Source: Azolla caroliniana (taxonomy: Eukaryota > Plantae > Polypodiophyta). From it: DNA of 64,000 bases. The notes under the pieces were generated by a model, which worked only from the letters and a program-made list of their open reading frames with translations, was not told where the DNA came from and made no database searches. Location of the stretch: positions 14,880,001 through 14,944,000 of the forward strand of contig JBHGNT010000002.1 of assembly GCA_043228905.1 (NCBI GenBank), given 5' to 3'. A program made the translations under genes and the position numbers. Positions 38,015 to 50,253 of this stretch are shown here, piece after piece. Every line of letters begins with the position of its first letter. The stretch's first letter is position 1.

Positions 38015-40864
38015 CTTAGATCCATCATAAGCAAGGACCCTTATTTTAGAGAATGTAGCATATTGCAAGATCTCTAGATGTATCAGGGCTCTACATATAA
38101 TGTCATCTTCCTCCACATCATAGTCTTGAAATTGTCCGCAAGACAAATGTTCCCGTACCCCCACAAACACTTGAAGCCTTGTAAATGCCCCTTCCTAGTT
38201 GGGAGGATTAAAGGACCATACCGTTGACGGTGAGTGCCCCAAAACTGACTGCACCTGGTCCCACATAATCCAACCCCCTCTCAAGGAAGAAAAAAATTCT
38301 GACCTGTCATTTATATGCAAAGTATGATCAGATTTCCATGCATCAACGGACGCTCTTGGCCGTGCATCGAGCTTGGCCCAATCCAATCTCATACGAGACT
38401 CCAACATGTGCCCTGACGGCAAACTCATATTCGGATTCCACACTAAGTGTTGTCTCAAGTATTCCTCCTCACATGTTGGGACACCATGTCCCAACCCTTT
38501 ATGTACATGCTCTCACACTCTTAGAAGAATATTAAAAAATTTGTCTTCCCAATTCCTCGTCATAACATGTTTCTTGTCTAGTATAAAGATTTATCTTATG
38601 CTATCACTCCATAATCCACCCATCATCGGAGTACAACGATACAATCATAGATTGACATATTCACATTCATGGGGTTTCCCATTCGAATGCATACGAATGC
38701 ATCGTCAAGTATTCGTTTATCCCAAAAAAGAAGAAGGAGAGACTCCAAGAACTCCCTCGTTTTTTAATTTACTAGATAAAAAAACGGGACTTCACAGTAA
38801 AAAGGGACATTAAAAGAGGGACTATAAAAAGGAACATTAAGAGGTACTTCACACTAATAAAATTTTATAATAAATATAAAAGTATTCGTTTTATTTTTAA
38901 TAAATAAATAAAATACAATAAAGGTTCATTAATTCCTCACTTTTTATACTCTAAAAAATTATAGATATTTTTATTTTGATATTAAAAATTGGACTTCACA
39001 CTAATCATATTTCTATATTAAATATACAAATATTCATTTTAAAAAACAATTTAATTAATTAAAATAAAGGTTCATAAACTTCCCCATTTTTTATTTGACA
39101 CTATAAAACAGAGTCAATACTAATCATATGTATATAATCTATTAATGAATGATTGTTCTTTTTCTAGTGAATTAAATTTATTTAAATAAAAAATGAATTA
39201 ATTAATATTTTATATATTTTTGTAAAACGAATGGTTTTAAAATATTCTTGGGGCCATTTCATATTCTCGAATATTGGGAATATCACGCATGGAGAATATG
39301 ACGAATATCACGCATGTGTCAATCTATGGATACAATCTTTGCATAAGTAATTGCTTGCAAGGGGCATGTCTTGGTAAAAGGCCATGAACTATTACCTTTG
39401 CTAAGAAGGCCATGGATTGGACTAATGGATCAATAATCCCCAGATCACCATATTGCTTCGGGGTTATCAGTTTACACCATGCCACCTTCGCTCTTATATG
39501 ACTCCTATCCTCCAATGTCCATATAAAATTCTGAACCAGCCTTCGAATTTGTCCAATACATGATTTTGAAAAGATCCAAGATGAAGCTATATATCTATCA
39601 CAAACATGACAATAGTCATGTCAAGCTTTGAACTCTTGACCTCTTGACATATATAGTCAACTGTTGTGTTTCAACCAAGAAATCCAAATATATGGCCATG
39701 TTATATATATCTTAGTAGATTATTAGTAGATTATCTATTTCAAGTTCTAGGAGTTTTTAGAAAGTTCTAGAACTAGAAGGTTCTAGAGGGTTCTACAATA
39801 TTCTGCCGAATATTCTCCAAAATATTCTAATGCATGTACTTCGACTCACAGTATAAATACTTGTAACCTCCTTGGTCCTTTTCAAGGGATTCAACACCAG
39901 TCACTGACATGTCAATCTAATATTCTTGTTTAGCTCCATCTTCTCTCCTTGATTTACGTCTCTATCTTTATGCTCTTGTATTGTTCCTAGCATCTTAAGT
40001 TCCTCATCTCGTTGCTCCGAACTTCCCAAGTTTCTAGCCTCATCACATTGAGTTCCACGTTTGTAACCTTATCGGTCGTAGCCTCGTCATTCGTGCTTCT
40101 TCGTAGTCTAGGGTTGGTGTGTCCGTGACAGTTTGAATCCCTTGAAACTAGAAGCATTACCCATCTTCGTCATCGCCCTTCCTTCTAGAGTTACCATTGT
40201 CACTGTTATTGGTTCTAGAGTTACCATCATTAACATCCCTTCGTTTTCTATCTTCCTCACCATCTCTATCTCTTAGTTTCTTTTCATCATCGTCTTTGTC
40301 TTTTCTCTCCTAGTTTCTTGTCATCATCATCTCTATCTCTACACTTCTTATCATCTTCCATTTCCCTATCTCCTAGTTTCTTCTCATCATCATCTCTATC
40401 TCCTAGTTTTTTCTCATCCTTCACATCTCTATCTCCAAGTTTCTTATCATCATCATCTCTATCTCTACACTTCTTATCATCTTCCACATCCTTATCTTTG
40501 CATTTTTTGTCATTGTCATCCTTCCCCTTGTGTTTCCTACCATTTTCATCTCTATCTATGTGGTCCTTATTATCTTCGTCAGTTTCTCTACATTCCCTAT
40601 CACCTTCATCCCTGTCTTTGAGTTTTCTATCATCCTCTGTATATATGTGTCTTTGTGTTTCTTCAGAACCTCAACATCTCAATCTCTATGTTTCTTATCC
40701 TCTTCATCTCTTTCTCTGCTTCCATCATTTCCATAGTCAAAGTTGTTGCTTCCAAAGTCGCTTCGTCAACATCATTGCCTTCATTGCTTCCTCTTTGACA
40801 TCATCATCTTCAACCCTCTTGTTGTCTTCATCAACACTACTTTGCCTAACCGTCGTTGTCTTCA

Positions 40865-41468
40865 AGTGTTCCAGTTCCCGGTGAGGACCGTGCAGGGTCG
40901 CTCACATCCATTGGTGTTCGTGTCTCCTATGAGGACCAAACATGGTCGCTCATGCCCTTTGGTGTTCACGTCTCCGGTGAGGACCATACATGGTCTCTCA
41001 CGCTCGTTGGTGTTCCAGTTCCATGTGAGGACTGCACATGGTCGCTGACGTCCGTTGGTGTTTGTGTCTCCAGTGAGGGTTGCTCATGCCCGTTGGTGTT
41101 CCAGTTCCTAGTGAGGACCGTGCAGGGTCGCTCACATCCATTGGTGTTCCTGTCTCCGGTGAAGACTGTACATGGTCTCTCATGCCTTTAGTGTTCGTGT
41201 CTCTATTGAGAACCGTACATGGCCGCTCACACCCATTGGTGTTCCAGTTCCCGGTGAGGACCGCACATAGTCGCTCACATCCATTGGTGTTCCTATCTCT
41301 AGTGAGGACTGCACATGGTCACTCACGTTGGTGTTCTAGTCTCCGATGAGGACCGTACATGGTTGCTCATGCTCGTTGGTGTACCAATTCCTGGTGAGGA
41401 CCGTACATTGTCGCTCACACTCACGTTGGTGTTCCACTCTCCGGTGAGGACTGAACATGGTTGCTCAC
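40865..41468. repeat. 48-bp tandem repeat array (continues at 42250-42390)
   Basis: Unit approximately cggtgaggaccgtacatggtcgctcacatccattggtgttccagtctc. Confidence 0.9.
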
Positions 41469-41479
41469 AAGATTTAGAA

Positions 41480-42100
41480 ATTATAATGTACACTCTTTGA
41501 TATGATTGAAAAATCCAAGATAACAAAGAGAACAATGAGGGGTGGTACGTTTTATTAAGAAAGAAATAGAGAAGTATGTGTTCATCATAAAAAATGATGA
41601 ACATAAATGTTGCATATGGCTTGAAATAGAAACCCCTACTGATTTGCCAACTTTCGTAGTTGGATGTTACATTCCTCATCAAGTTTCTAACTTTTATGCT
41701 TATTTGGATAAAGACCAACATTTTTCCAATCTAGAAGATGATATTGCTTATTTCAAATCCGAAGGGGTAGTTATTGTCTTTCGGTGACATGAATGCCCAT
41801 ATAAGAAGTTTCCAACTTGATGCGCCACAATCTTTCATTCCACATATCTCAAGGATGCAAGAGGATATACAACATATAGTCTCTCTTCTATTGATGAAAA
41901 ATATCTTGACCAAATTGGGAAGTTACTCCTACAAATGTGCAATAGTAACTGAATGCTTATTGCAAATGGTTTATCCTTATGGCCCAATGTTAATGGTTTT
42001 ACATGTAGAAAACACAATGAAAATAGAGTGATTGACTATGTGCTACTTTCCAAAGGTATTTTGGATTTGATCATAGGACTTTATGTATTGACCTCAAATG
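41480..42100 (+). pseudogene. Non-LTR retrotransposon APE-like endonuclease fragment
   Basis: IWLEI...VVGCYIP, VIVFGDMNAH, LIANG, FTC...VIDYVLLS; frameshifted. Confidence 0.75.
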
Positions 42101-44336
42101 TATGTATAGGTTTCATTATGAGAAGGCCATTGAAGATAATAAACAACTACCCTTGAGCATGAACCTTAAACAAACGGTCATGTATTCCAAGATGGTCAAG
42201 GATATGTTACAAATGACAAACATACAACATGGTGCCCCACTAGAATGCAAATTGGTGTTACAGTCTCCGGTGAGGACTGTACATGGACACTCATGCCCAT
42301 GGGTGTTCTAGTCTCCGGTGAGGACCACACATGGTCGCTCACGTTCACCCGTGCTCCTATTTCTGGTGAGGATTGCTCATTGTCACTCACTCCTCAACGT
42401 ACTTTGATTTTCTCTTTTAGCTCACCCCTACACCATGCTTTTGAAAAGGCGGCCATAAAGGGGAGGATAATGTCACAGACATGACGACACCAGTCATATC
42501 AAGATTTGAACTCTTGACCTCTTGACATATATAGTCAAGTGTTGTGTTCTAACCAACAAATCCAAATATATGGTCATATTATGTATATCTTAGTAGATTA
42601 TTAGTAGATTATCTATTTCAAGTTCTAGGAGTTTTTAGAAAGTTCTAGAACTAGAAGGTTCTAGAGGGTTCTACAATATCATTGACACGTCAATCTAGTA
42701 TTCTTGTTTGACCCCGTCTTCTCTCCTTGATTTCCGTCTCTGTCTTTATGCTCTTGTATTGTTCCTAGCGTCTTAAGTTCCTCATCTCGTTGCTCCGAAC
42801 TTCCCGAGTTTCTAGCCTCATCACATTGAGTTCCACGTTTGTAACCTTATCGGTCGTAGCCTCGTCATTTGTGCTCCATCGTAGTCTAAGGTTGGTGTGT
42901 CCATGACAATATCACATCGTAGATAATAGCATAGGATTGGCAACTATGACTCTCCCGACAAAGATAGTTTAGCGTGGTTCCACAAGAATAACTTTTTCCT
43001 CAAAGTTAATAATAATGGTGCGGCATGTAATTCTTAGACCAAATAAATCCCAACCCGCACTCCAAGATATTGAACCGCAACTCCTCTTTGAGTCCACTAT
43101 AAAGTATGATGGGGTGTCCAACAAAGCGGCAGTTCCTTGCTCACCCAAAATGCAACAGTTTAGGCCCAATTTAATTTATCTCCACGATGCTATACAAAAC
43201 TATAACAAAGGCCCTTCCACTTGTTGCAAATTTGTTAGAGTTTTCATACATATATAATGCAGTATCATCAGCAAATTCCGAGTCCAATATATGTTGTCTA
43301 TGCATTGGCATCGCCAAACCAGGCAAACCTATAGATTGTGATAATATAAATAGATGCATTGCTTCCGTAAACAAAAGGAACAAAAATGGTGCAAAGGGAC
43401 ATCCTTGATGGATAGATCGAGTAATTTTAAACCGAGGTCCTACTCCGTCTACCAACAACACCTGAGTATGTGCATTTCTATAAAGACAAGAGAAACCCTT
43501 AATCCATGCCGTGTTGAAGCCGAGGTGATGCATTATTGAGATATCAAGCTTAACTATATTTAGTTAGTTAGTCAACACACGTAACTTAAGTTACCTAGAT
43601 AGAATCTAGTTAGTGTGTTGACCTTAAAGCCTTAAATAGGATTTTGTACTTGAGTGGGATACATTGTAGATCCTCCACTACCAAGTATATTTAATATAGG
43701 ACTTACACCTTTGTACCTATATTCTACTCACACATGTGCACCTTTGCACATGAGCTGTATATATGCCTCATTGTGGGTATTTTTGTATTTGATGATGCTT
43801 TTTAATATAGAGGAAAGGTCTCCCATCTTGTCTCGTTGTTTATAAGTCTTCTTTTTCTCTTCCTCTCACACTCTCACACTCTCACATACGTACACACACA
43901 TCACATAATCTTCCGCCACCTAATCACATCATTAGGTACTAATTAACCCGTAGTTAATTACCTAATTCTTAACCAAGTAATTCTTAACATGGTACTAGAG
44001 CGTGTGGTTTAGACATCCACTAAGCCCACCCGACTCTTCGTGATTGTGTGTTCGAAACGACGACAACAAATTCCGGTTATCTGCTACCGTAGTGCCGCTA
44101 CGTAGCACGTGTACGTGACGGAATGAAGAAAAATGAAATAGGAAGACATTAAAATCAACATGAACACACAAATGGGTAGCTCGCTCCCTAGTGATCGGAG
44201 CAATTATTCATCTTGGCAGAACAAGATGAACCAATACCTAGTTGGCCAAGGGTATTGGAGCTACATCAATGGCACACTCGAAAGCAAACCCGACATCACA
44301 AACGCCAACTACCCAACGTGGGAGAAAGGACCAAGT

Positions 44337-47300
44337 TGTTAGGAAACAGGTCCCTCCGGATGGGAAGTGAAAAGAACCGGATGACGAGTACCCGGCAAGA
44401 GCCGGATGGTGAAGACCCAGTGAGAACCGGATGACGTGTGCCCGACAAGCGCCGGATGATGAAGGCCCAGTGAGGAGTGCTCACCGGATGAAGGGACATA
44501 TTCGTAAATATGTTTATGAGAGTCCATCGGGGCTATATTTGTAAATAGCCGGAAAGTCATATTAGTATAAATATGACTTAGGGCAAACTTTGTTGTAGTA
44601 ATCGTTGTCGCGTTTTGAGAGAGCAACTATGTACAGAGAGAGAGAGAGAGTGAGCTCGAGAGATAGAGAGGTTGGTGCCTCTGTTGTAACCGCTGCCTGT
44701 GGCGAAGATCGTGAGCACGAGGTCATTGCCTCCATGAGCTCACTGTTGGAATCATTGTGATATAGTGATAGTTTGGAGTCTGTGGACTCCCGTGGTTTTT
44801 CCCTCTCAGGGTTTTCCACGCTAATATCCTGTGTACTCTTCTCTCCATTGTGTCATGAATTCATTCCCGTTTTCTCTACGCTTGGTTGTGGCCGAGCGTT
44901 GTTCATCGGAGTGTGCAGTTCTTGTCAAAGTGGTATCAGAGCGAAAACGACACAGAAACTGGACGAATCGTTGGGAGGCATGTTCAAGCTCATTGGCTCC
45001 AACTATTCTGTGTGGAAGTCGAAGATGAGGGACATGCTCGTGGTTAAAGATCTTTGGTTGCCGGTTCAGTTCGAGGACAAGAGACCGAACAAAATCGACG
45101 CCACGATATGGGAGGTGATGCACATGAAGACAATGGCTTACATACGGTGATTCATCGACATGAGCCTATACAACAACTTCAATGAAGAGAGCAAGGCTCA
45201 TGAGCTCTGGGAGAAGATCAACATTATGTTTCAGAACAAAAATGCTGTTAATGAGGTTTCGGTATTCCGGAAGCTAGTAAGACTCCGGTACCAAGATGGC
45301 TCCAGCATGACGGAGCACATGAATGCCTTCCAGGGGCTGATACACCAGGCAACATCATTAGAAGTACCTCTTGCCGATGAGGTACCAACGCTACTCCTGC
45401 TCGGTTCCCTCCCGGATAGCTGGGAGACGTTGGTTGTCATTTTGGGCAACGCCGGGCCGGAAGGGAAACGGTTATCCCTAGCAAGAGTGAAGTCGAGCTT
45501 GCTAGATGAGGAGGCGCATCAGAAAGATAAGGATACGAGCTTCGACTCCAAAGCGCTCCTTACCGAATCGGAAAGCGGAAGATAAAGGAACCGTAGTCCC
45601 CAGAACCGAGAGAAGTCGGGGACACGGTCAAAGTCAAGGGGAAGGCCTACTTGTTTCTATTGCGGCAAGCCGGGACACTTCTAGAAAAAACTGTCGGCAC
45701 TTCCGAAAAGACAAGGAAACCAACGGCACCGATTCGAAGCGGACACCAGACCGAAACGGTAAAGACCGGAGGGGGCCGGACCGGAAGGGAACGACGGCAA
45801 TCGCGGCAAGTGAAGAAGAGTTGAAGCTCATCACCGAGGAGAGTGAGCTAAACCTTGCCGGCGACGAGATGACCTGGGTGGTCGACTCCGGAGCGTCATT
45901 CCACCTTACCCCGGACCGGAAATGCTTCTCATCCTACTCAGCCGGTGATCATGGCTGTGTCCGGATGGGGAATGAAGGTACATGTCGAATTGTCGGTGTA
46001 TGAGACGTGTCGGTGTATGAGACCCTAAACCCTTGGATGGAGACACACCGCAGAAGGTGTGGACCGGTAAGGAAGTGTCCTACCGGCATCTGAAGGTGTT
46101 CGGGTGTCTCGTGTACGTGAATGCTGTTAAGGACCGGAGAGGAAAGTTAGATCCAAAGACCTGGCCATGCATATTCCTCGGTTACAGCGACGATGAGTTC
46201 GGCTACCGAGTGTAGGACCCGGTCGACAAGAAGGTATTCTGGAGTCGAGATATTATCTTCATGGAGGACAAGACGCTTGCCGACTGGGAGTCGGAGAAGA
46301 AGATAATGAACTCCGAGTCGACCGATAAGGATCGATTCTATGATGGGCAGACGCAACCGGCAAGAGACCGGTTAGCACTCGATGAACTGGCCGATGACGG
46401 TAAGGAGACAAGACAGGCCGAAGAAGTAGAGGAAGCTGAAATCGGAACCGGCCAAGAGCCCGAATCGGATTCGGATGAAGAACAAATAGTGGAGCCGGTT
46501 GCCGAAAGCCAAAGACGGAGATATCCTCTCAGAGAGAGAAGGGCCCCCCAGAGATTTCCGGATGCAGAGCATGTGTTGCTGACCGATGAGGGGGAGCCAG
46601 AAAGCTTCGAGGAAGCTAAGAGTGACGCCCATAGCCGCAAATGGTTAAGCGCCATGCAGGATGAGATGGATTCCCTGCATGAGAACCATACGTACGAATT
46701 GGCGGAGTTTCCGAAAGGAAAGCGAGCACTCCGAAACAAGTGGGTGTACAAGTTGAAACTGGGAGATGCCAGAAATCCCCCGAGATACAAAGCCAGGATC
46801 ATGGTGAAGGGGTTCAAGCAGAAGAAGGGCGTGGACTTCAACGAGATATTTGCCCCGGTAGTAAGATGACCTCCATCCGGACGGTGCTGAGTATAGCGGC
46901 AAGCATGGACCTCGAGGTAGAGCAGCTAGACGTGAAGACGACATTCCTTCACGGTGACCTCGAAGAGGAGATCTACATGCAGCAACCAGAAGAATTCGTG
47001 GAGAAAGGGAAGGAGCACTTGGTATGCCGGTTAAAGAAGAGCCTGTATGGACCGAAGCAGGCTCCCCAAAAATGGTACCAGAAGTTTGACTCTTTCATGA
47101 CCAATCAAGGGTACCACAAGACGCAGGCCGATCACTGCGTGTTTGTGAAGAAGTTCGAAGGAGGTGACTTCCTGATACTCCTTCTATACGTGGACGACAT
47201 GTTGATCATCGGACGGGACCAAGCCAAAATACGGATGCTGAAGAAGGCTCTCAACTGGACCTTCTCAATGAAAGACTTGGGTCCAGCAAGACAGATGTTG

Positions 47301-48805
47301 GGGCTGCATATTATCAGGGACCGGTCAATGAAGCAATTGTGGCTGTCACAGGAGAAGTACGTGACAAAGGTGCTTCAATAGTTCAACATGTCAGATGCGA
47401 AACCGGTTGGATCGACACTTCCGGCAAACTGCAGGTTATCCGGTAAGCAAAGCCCGAAGACAAAAGCAGAGAAGGTGGATATGATGAAGGTTCCATATGC
47501 CTCTGCTGTCAGGAGCTTAATGTACGCAATGGTGTGTACTCGACCGGATATTGGATACGCAGTCGAAGTGGTGAGCCGGTTCGTGAGCAATCCCGGCAAG
47601 GAGCACTGGAACACGGTCAAATGGATACTCCGGTACTTGAAGGGCACTTCGAACATGTGTCTCGGATTCGGCCCCGGTAAACCTCAACTTGACGGTTTTA
47701 CCAATTCGGACATGTCGGCTGATGTGGATACCAGCCGGTCTACATCCGGGTATGTAATGACATATGCAGGGGGAGCTATTTCGTGGTAGTCGAGGCTACA
47801 GAAGACGGTTGCATTGTCAACCACGGAAGCGGAGTACATGGCAGCCGTGGAAGCCGGCAAGGAAATACTATGGATGAAGGACTTCGTCGGAAAGCTCGGT
47901 ATCCGGCAAGATGAATACCGGCTCTATTGCGACAGTCAAAGTGCCATCCACCTTGCTAAGAACGCAGCGTACCACTCCAGGACAAAGCACATCCAGCGTA
48001 GGTATCACTGGATCCAGGAGCGAGTAGAAGATCCACACGGCCGAGAACGGGTCAGATGTGTTGACCAAAGTACTGATACCTGACAAGCTGGATGCATGTC
48101 GGAAGCGGATCAGACTAGTAAGACATCCCATGCTGGAGTGAAGGGGGAGTTTGTTAGGAAACAGGTCCCTCCGGATGGGAAGTGAAAAGAACTGGATGAT
48201 GAGTACCCAGCAAGAGCCGGATGGTGATGACCCGGTGAGAATCGGATGACAAGTACTCGGCAAGAGCCGGATGGTGAAGACCCAGTGAGAACCGGATGAC
48301 GAGTACCCGGCAAACGCCAGATGATGCAGGCCCAGTGAGGAGTGCTCACCAGATGAAGGGACATATTCGTAAATATGTTTTTGAGAGTCCATCGGGGCTA
48401 TATTTGTAAATAGCCGAAAAGTCATATTAGTATAAATATGACTTAGGGCAAACTTTGTTGTAGTAATCGTTGTCGCGTTTTGAGAGAGCAACTGTGTACA
48501 GAGAGAGAGTGAGAGTGAGCTCGAGAGATAGAGAGGTCGGTGCCTCTGTTGTAACCACCGCCTGTGGCGAAGATCGTGAGCACGAGGTCATTGCCTCCAT
48601 GAACTCATTATTGTAATCATTGTGATATAGTGATAGTTTGGAGTCTGTGAACTCCCGTGGTTTTTCCCTCTCAGGGTTTTCCACGCTAATATCCTGTGTA
48701 CTCTTCTCTCCATTGTGTTGTGCATTCATTCCCGTTTTTTCTGTGTTTTGATTCTACGCTCGGTTGTGGCCGAGCGTTGTTCATCGGAGCGTGCAGTTCC
48801 TGTCA
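44337..48805 (+). mobile_element. Ty1/copia element with most of the integrase deleted
   Basis: LTRs 44337-44927 and 48152-48805. TSD caagt/cgagt. PBS tggtatcagagc at 44931. PPT aagggggag. gag, PR, RT and RH remnants. Confidence 0.94.
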
Positions 48806-50253
48806 CGAGTCGGGTAATGTATTGTTGGGCAACATTTGTCCACGATCACATGCTTAGCCACATTCGAGATGCCAAGACACCAAAAGAGGCGTGTGAGAAC
48901 TTGAAGAAGATGTTCACCACAAACACGACCGCCCTCAAATTTCAACTCCGGCAACAGTTGAACAACAAAATGTATGTCTGTGTTGGACTACACCGACTAC
49001 ACTGCCAAGATCAAGAGAATTTGAGACTCGCTTGGTTCCATCAACATAAACGTCGACGAAGACGAGATGGTTCAAGTATGCTTGGGCAGCCTCGCACAAT
49101 GATTTGACTCGTTAAGGATGACAATCTTGATGAGAGAAAACCCTCGTTCGTTCTTTGACCTTCAATAAATGCTAATGATTGAAGAGAACCACGTCAGTAA
49201 ATAGACCAAGACATGGGAAGGAAAAAATTTCTTCTTGAATTCTGATGGTGGCCGAGGACGAGGTCGAGGCAGTAGAAGAGGTCGATTTGACTTATCACAC
49301 GAAGGGAACTCAAACCTTCAACAACAAGATGGAAGCCATCGAGGAACCTTCGGAATAAGAGGAAGCTTCCATGCCGAACAAGGTCGGAAAACGAGGCCCC
49401 CAACTTGCAACTATTGCGGAAAAATCGGCCACTGTGAGTAGGAGTGTAAATCGAAAAGGAAGAAGTGAGTCAGTGTCAACAAGCCAACAACTCACAAATT
49501 ACGCCACCAACTCCGAATACGACGACTATGGTGGGCTATTCGTAATGAGACATAGAGCGAACTCTATGACGACGTCTGACTCTACAAGCACCTCCAACTC
49601 GGAAGATGTGTGGTTCGTCAACTCCGGCACCTCACATCATATGATGTCACACCAAGAGTGGTTTCATGACTTAAGAATGCCGGATTGATCCGGCTTCATA
49701 GAGACGGGAGACAACACCACACATCCCATGCGGTACATCTGCAACAATGGCCAAAACAATTGCATCAAGAATGTCTTGCACGTGCCCAAAATAATAAATA
49801 ATTTGGTCTCGGTTGGCCAAATCGTGGAGCAAGGTATGTAAGTTCGTTTCAACAACGAAGGATGCTTCATCGAGAAAGATGGCCAACTCATAGCTAAGGG
49901 ATGAAGAGAGGGCCGAATGTTCATTCTCGATTCGAACGAGGTGAAATCAGCCATGTATGAAAAAGACCTCAAAGCTGACACCAACATAGAGTTGTGGCAC
50001 AAGAGGATTGGCCACATCAATCTCAATAAACTCAAGACAATGCAATCGAAGGGAGTTGTCATTGGACTTCTGACCTTCCAGTCGAAACGAGTCGACTGAG
50101 TATGCGAAGCATGTCCACTCAGCAAACAACATCGCCTCCCATTCCCGAAGGACAACTACGTAAGGAAAGGCCTCCTCGATGTCATACATTTTGATGTATG
50201 GTCACCGGCTCAAACGCTGACGATCGACGGATGCCGATACTATGTCACCATGC

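Larger units (their letters stand above)
39596..42908 (+). mobile_element. Non-autonomous LTR element (no gag/pol) with self-complementary PBS
   Basis: LTRs 39596-40130 and 42471-42908. TSD ATATC. PPT aaggggaggataa before 42471. PBS ttgaatcccttgaaa at 40133-40147 is complementary to LTR 39880-39894. Confidence 0.92.
32400..43533 (-). mobile_element. Second decayed copy of the same LINE family (3' half), interrupted
   Basis: 32685-32721 plus 38015-38525 parallel 13970-21420. WCKLITPKQYGDLGI at 39324-39515. RT EFADD at 43171-43533 parallels 27081-27443. Confidence 0.85.

Noticed and set aside
40865-41468. CRISPR-like array
   Set aside because: Contiguous degenerate 48-bp tandem units with no unique spacers and no cas genes; eukaryotic context.
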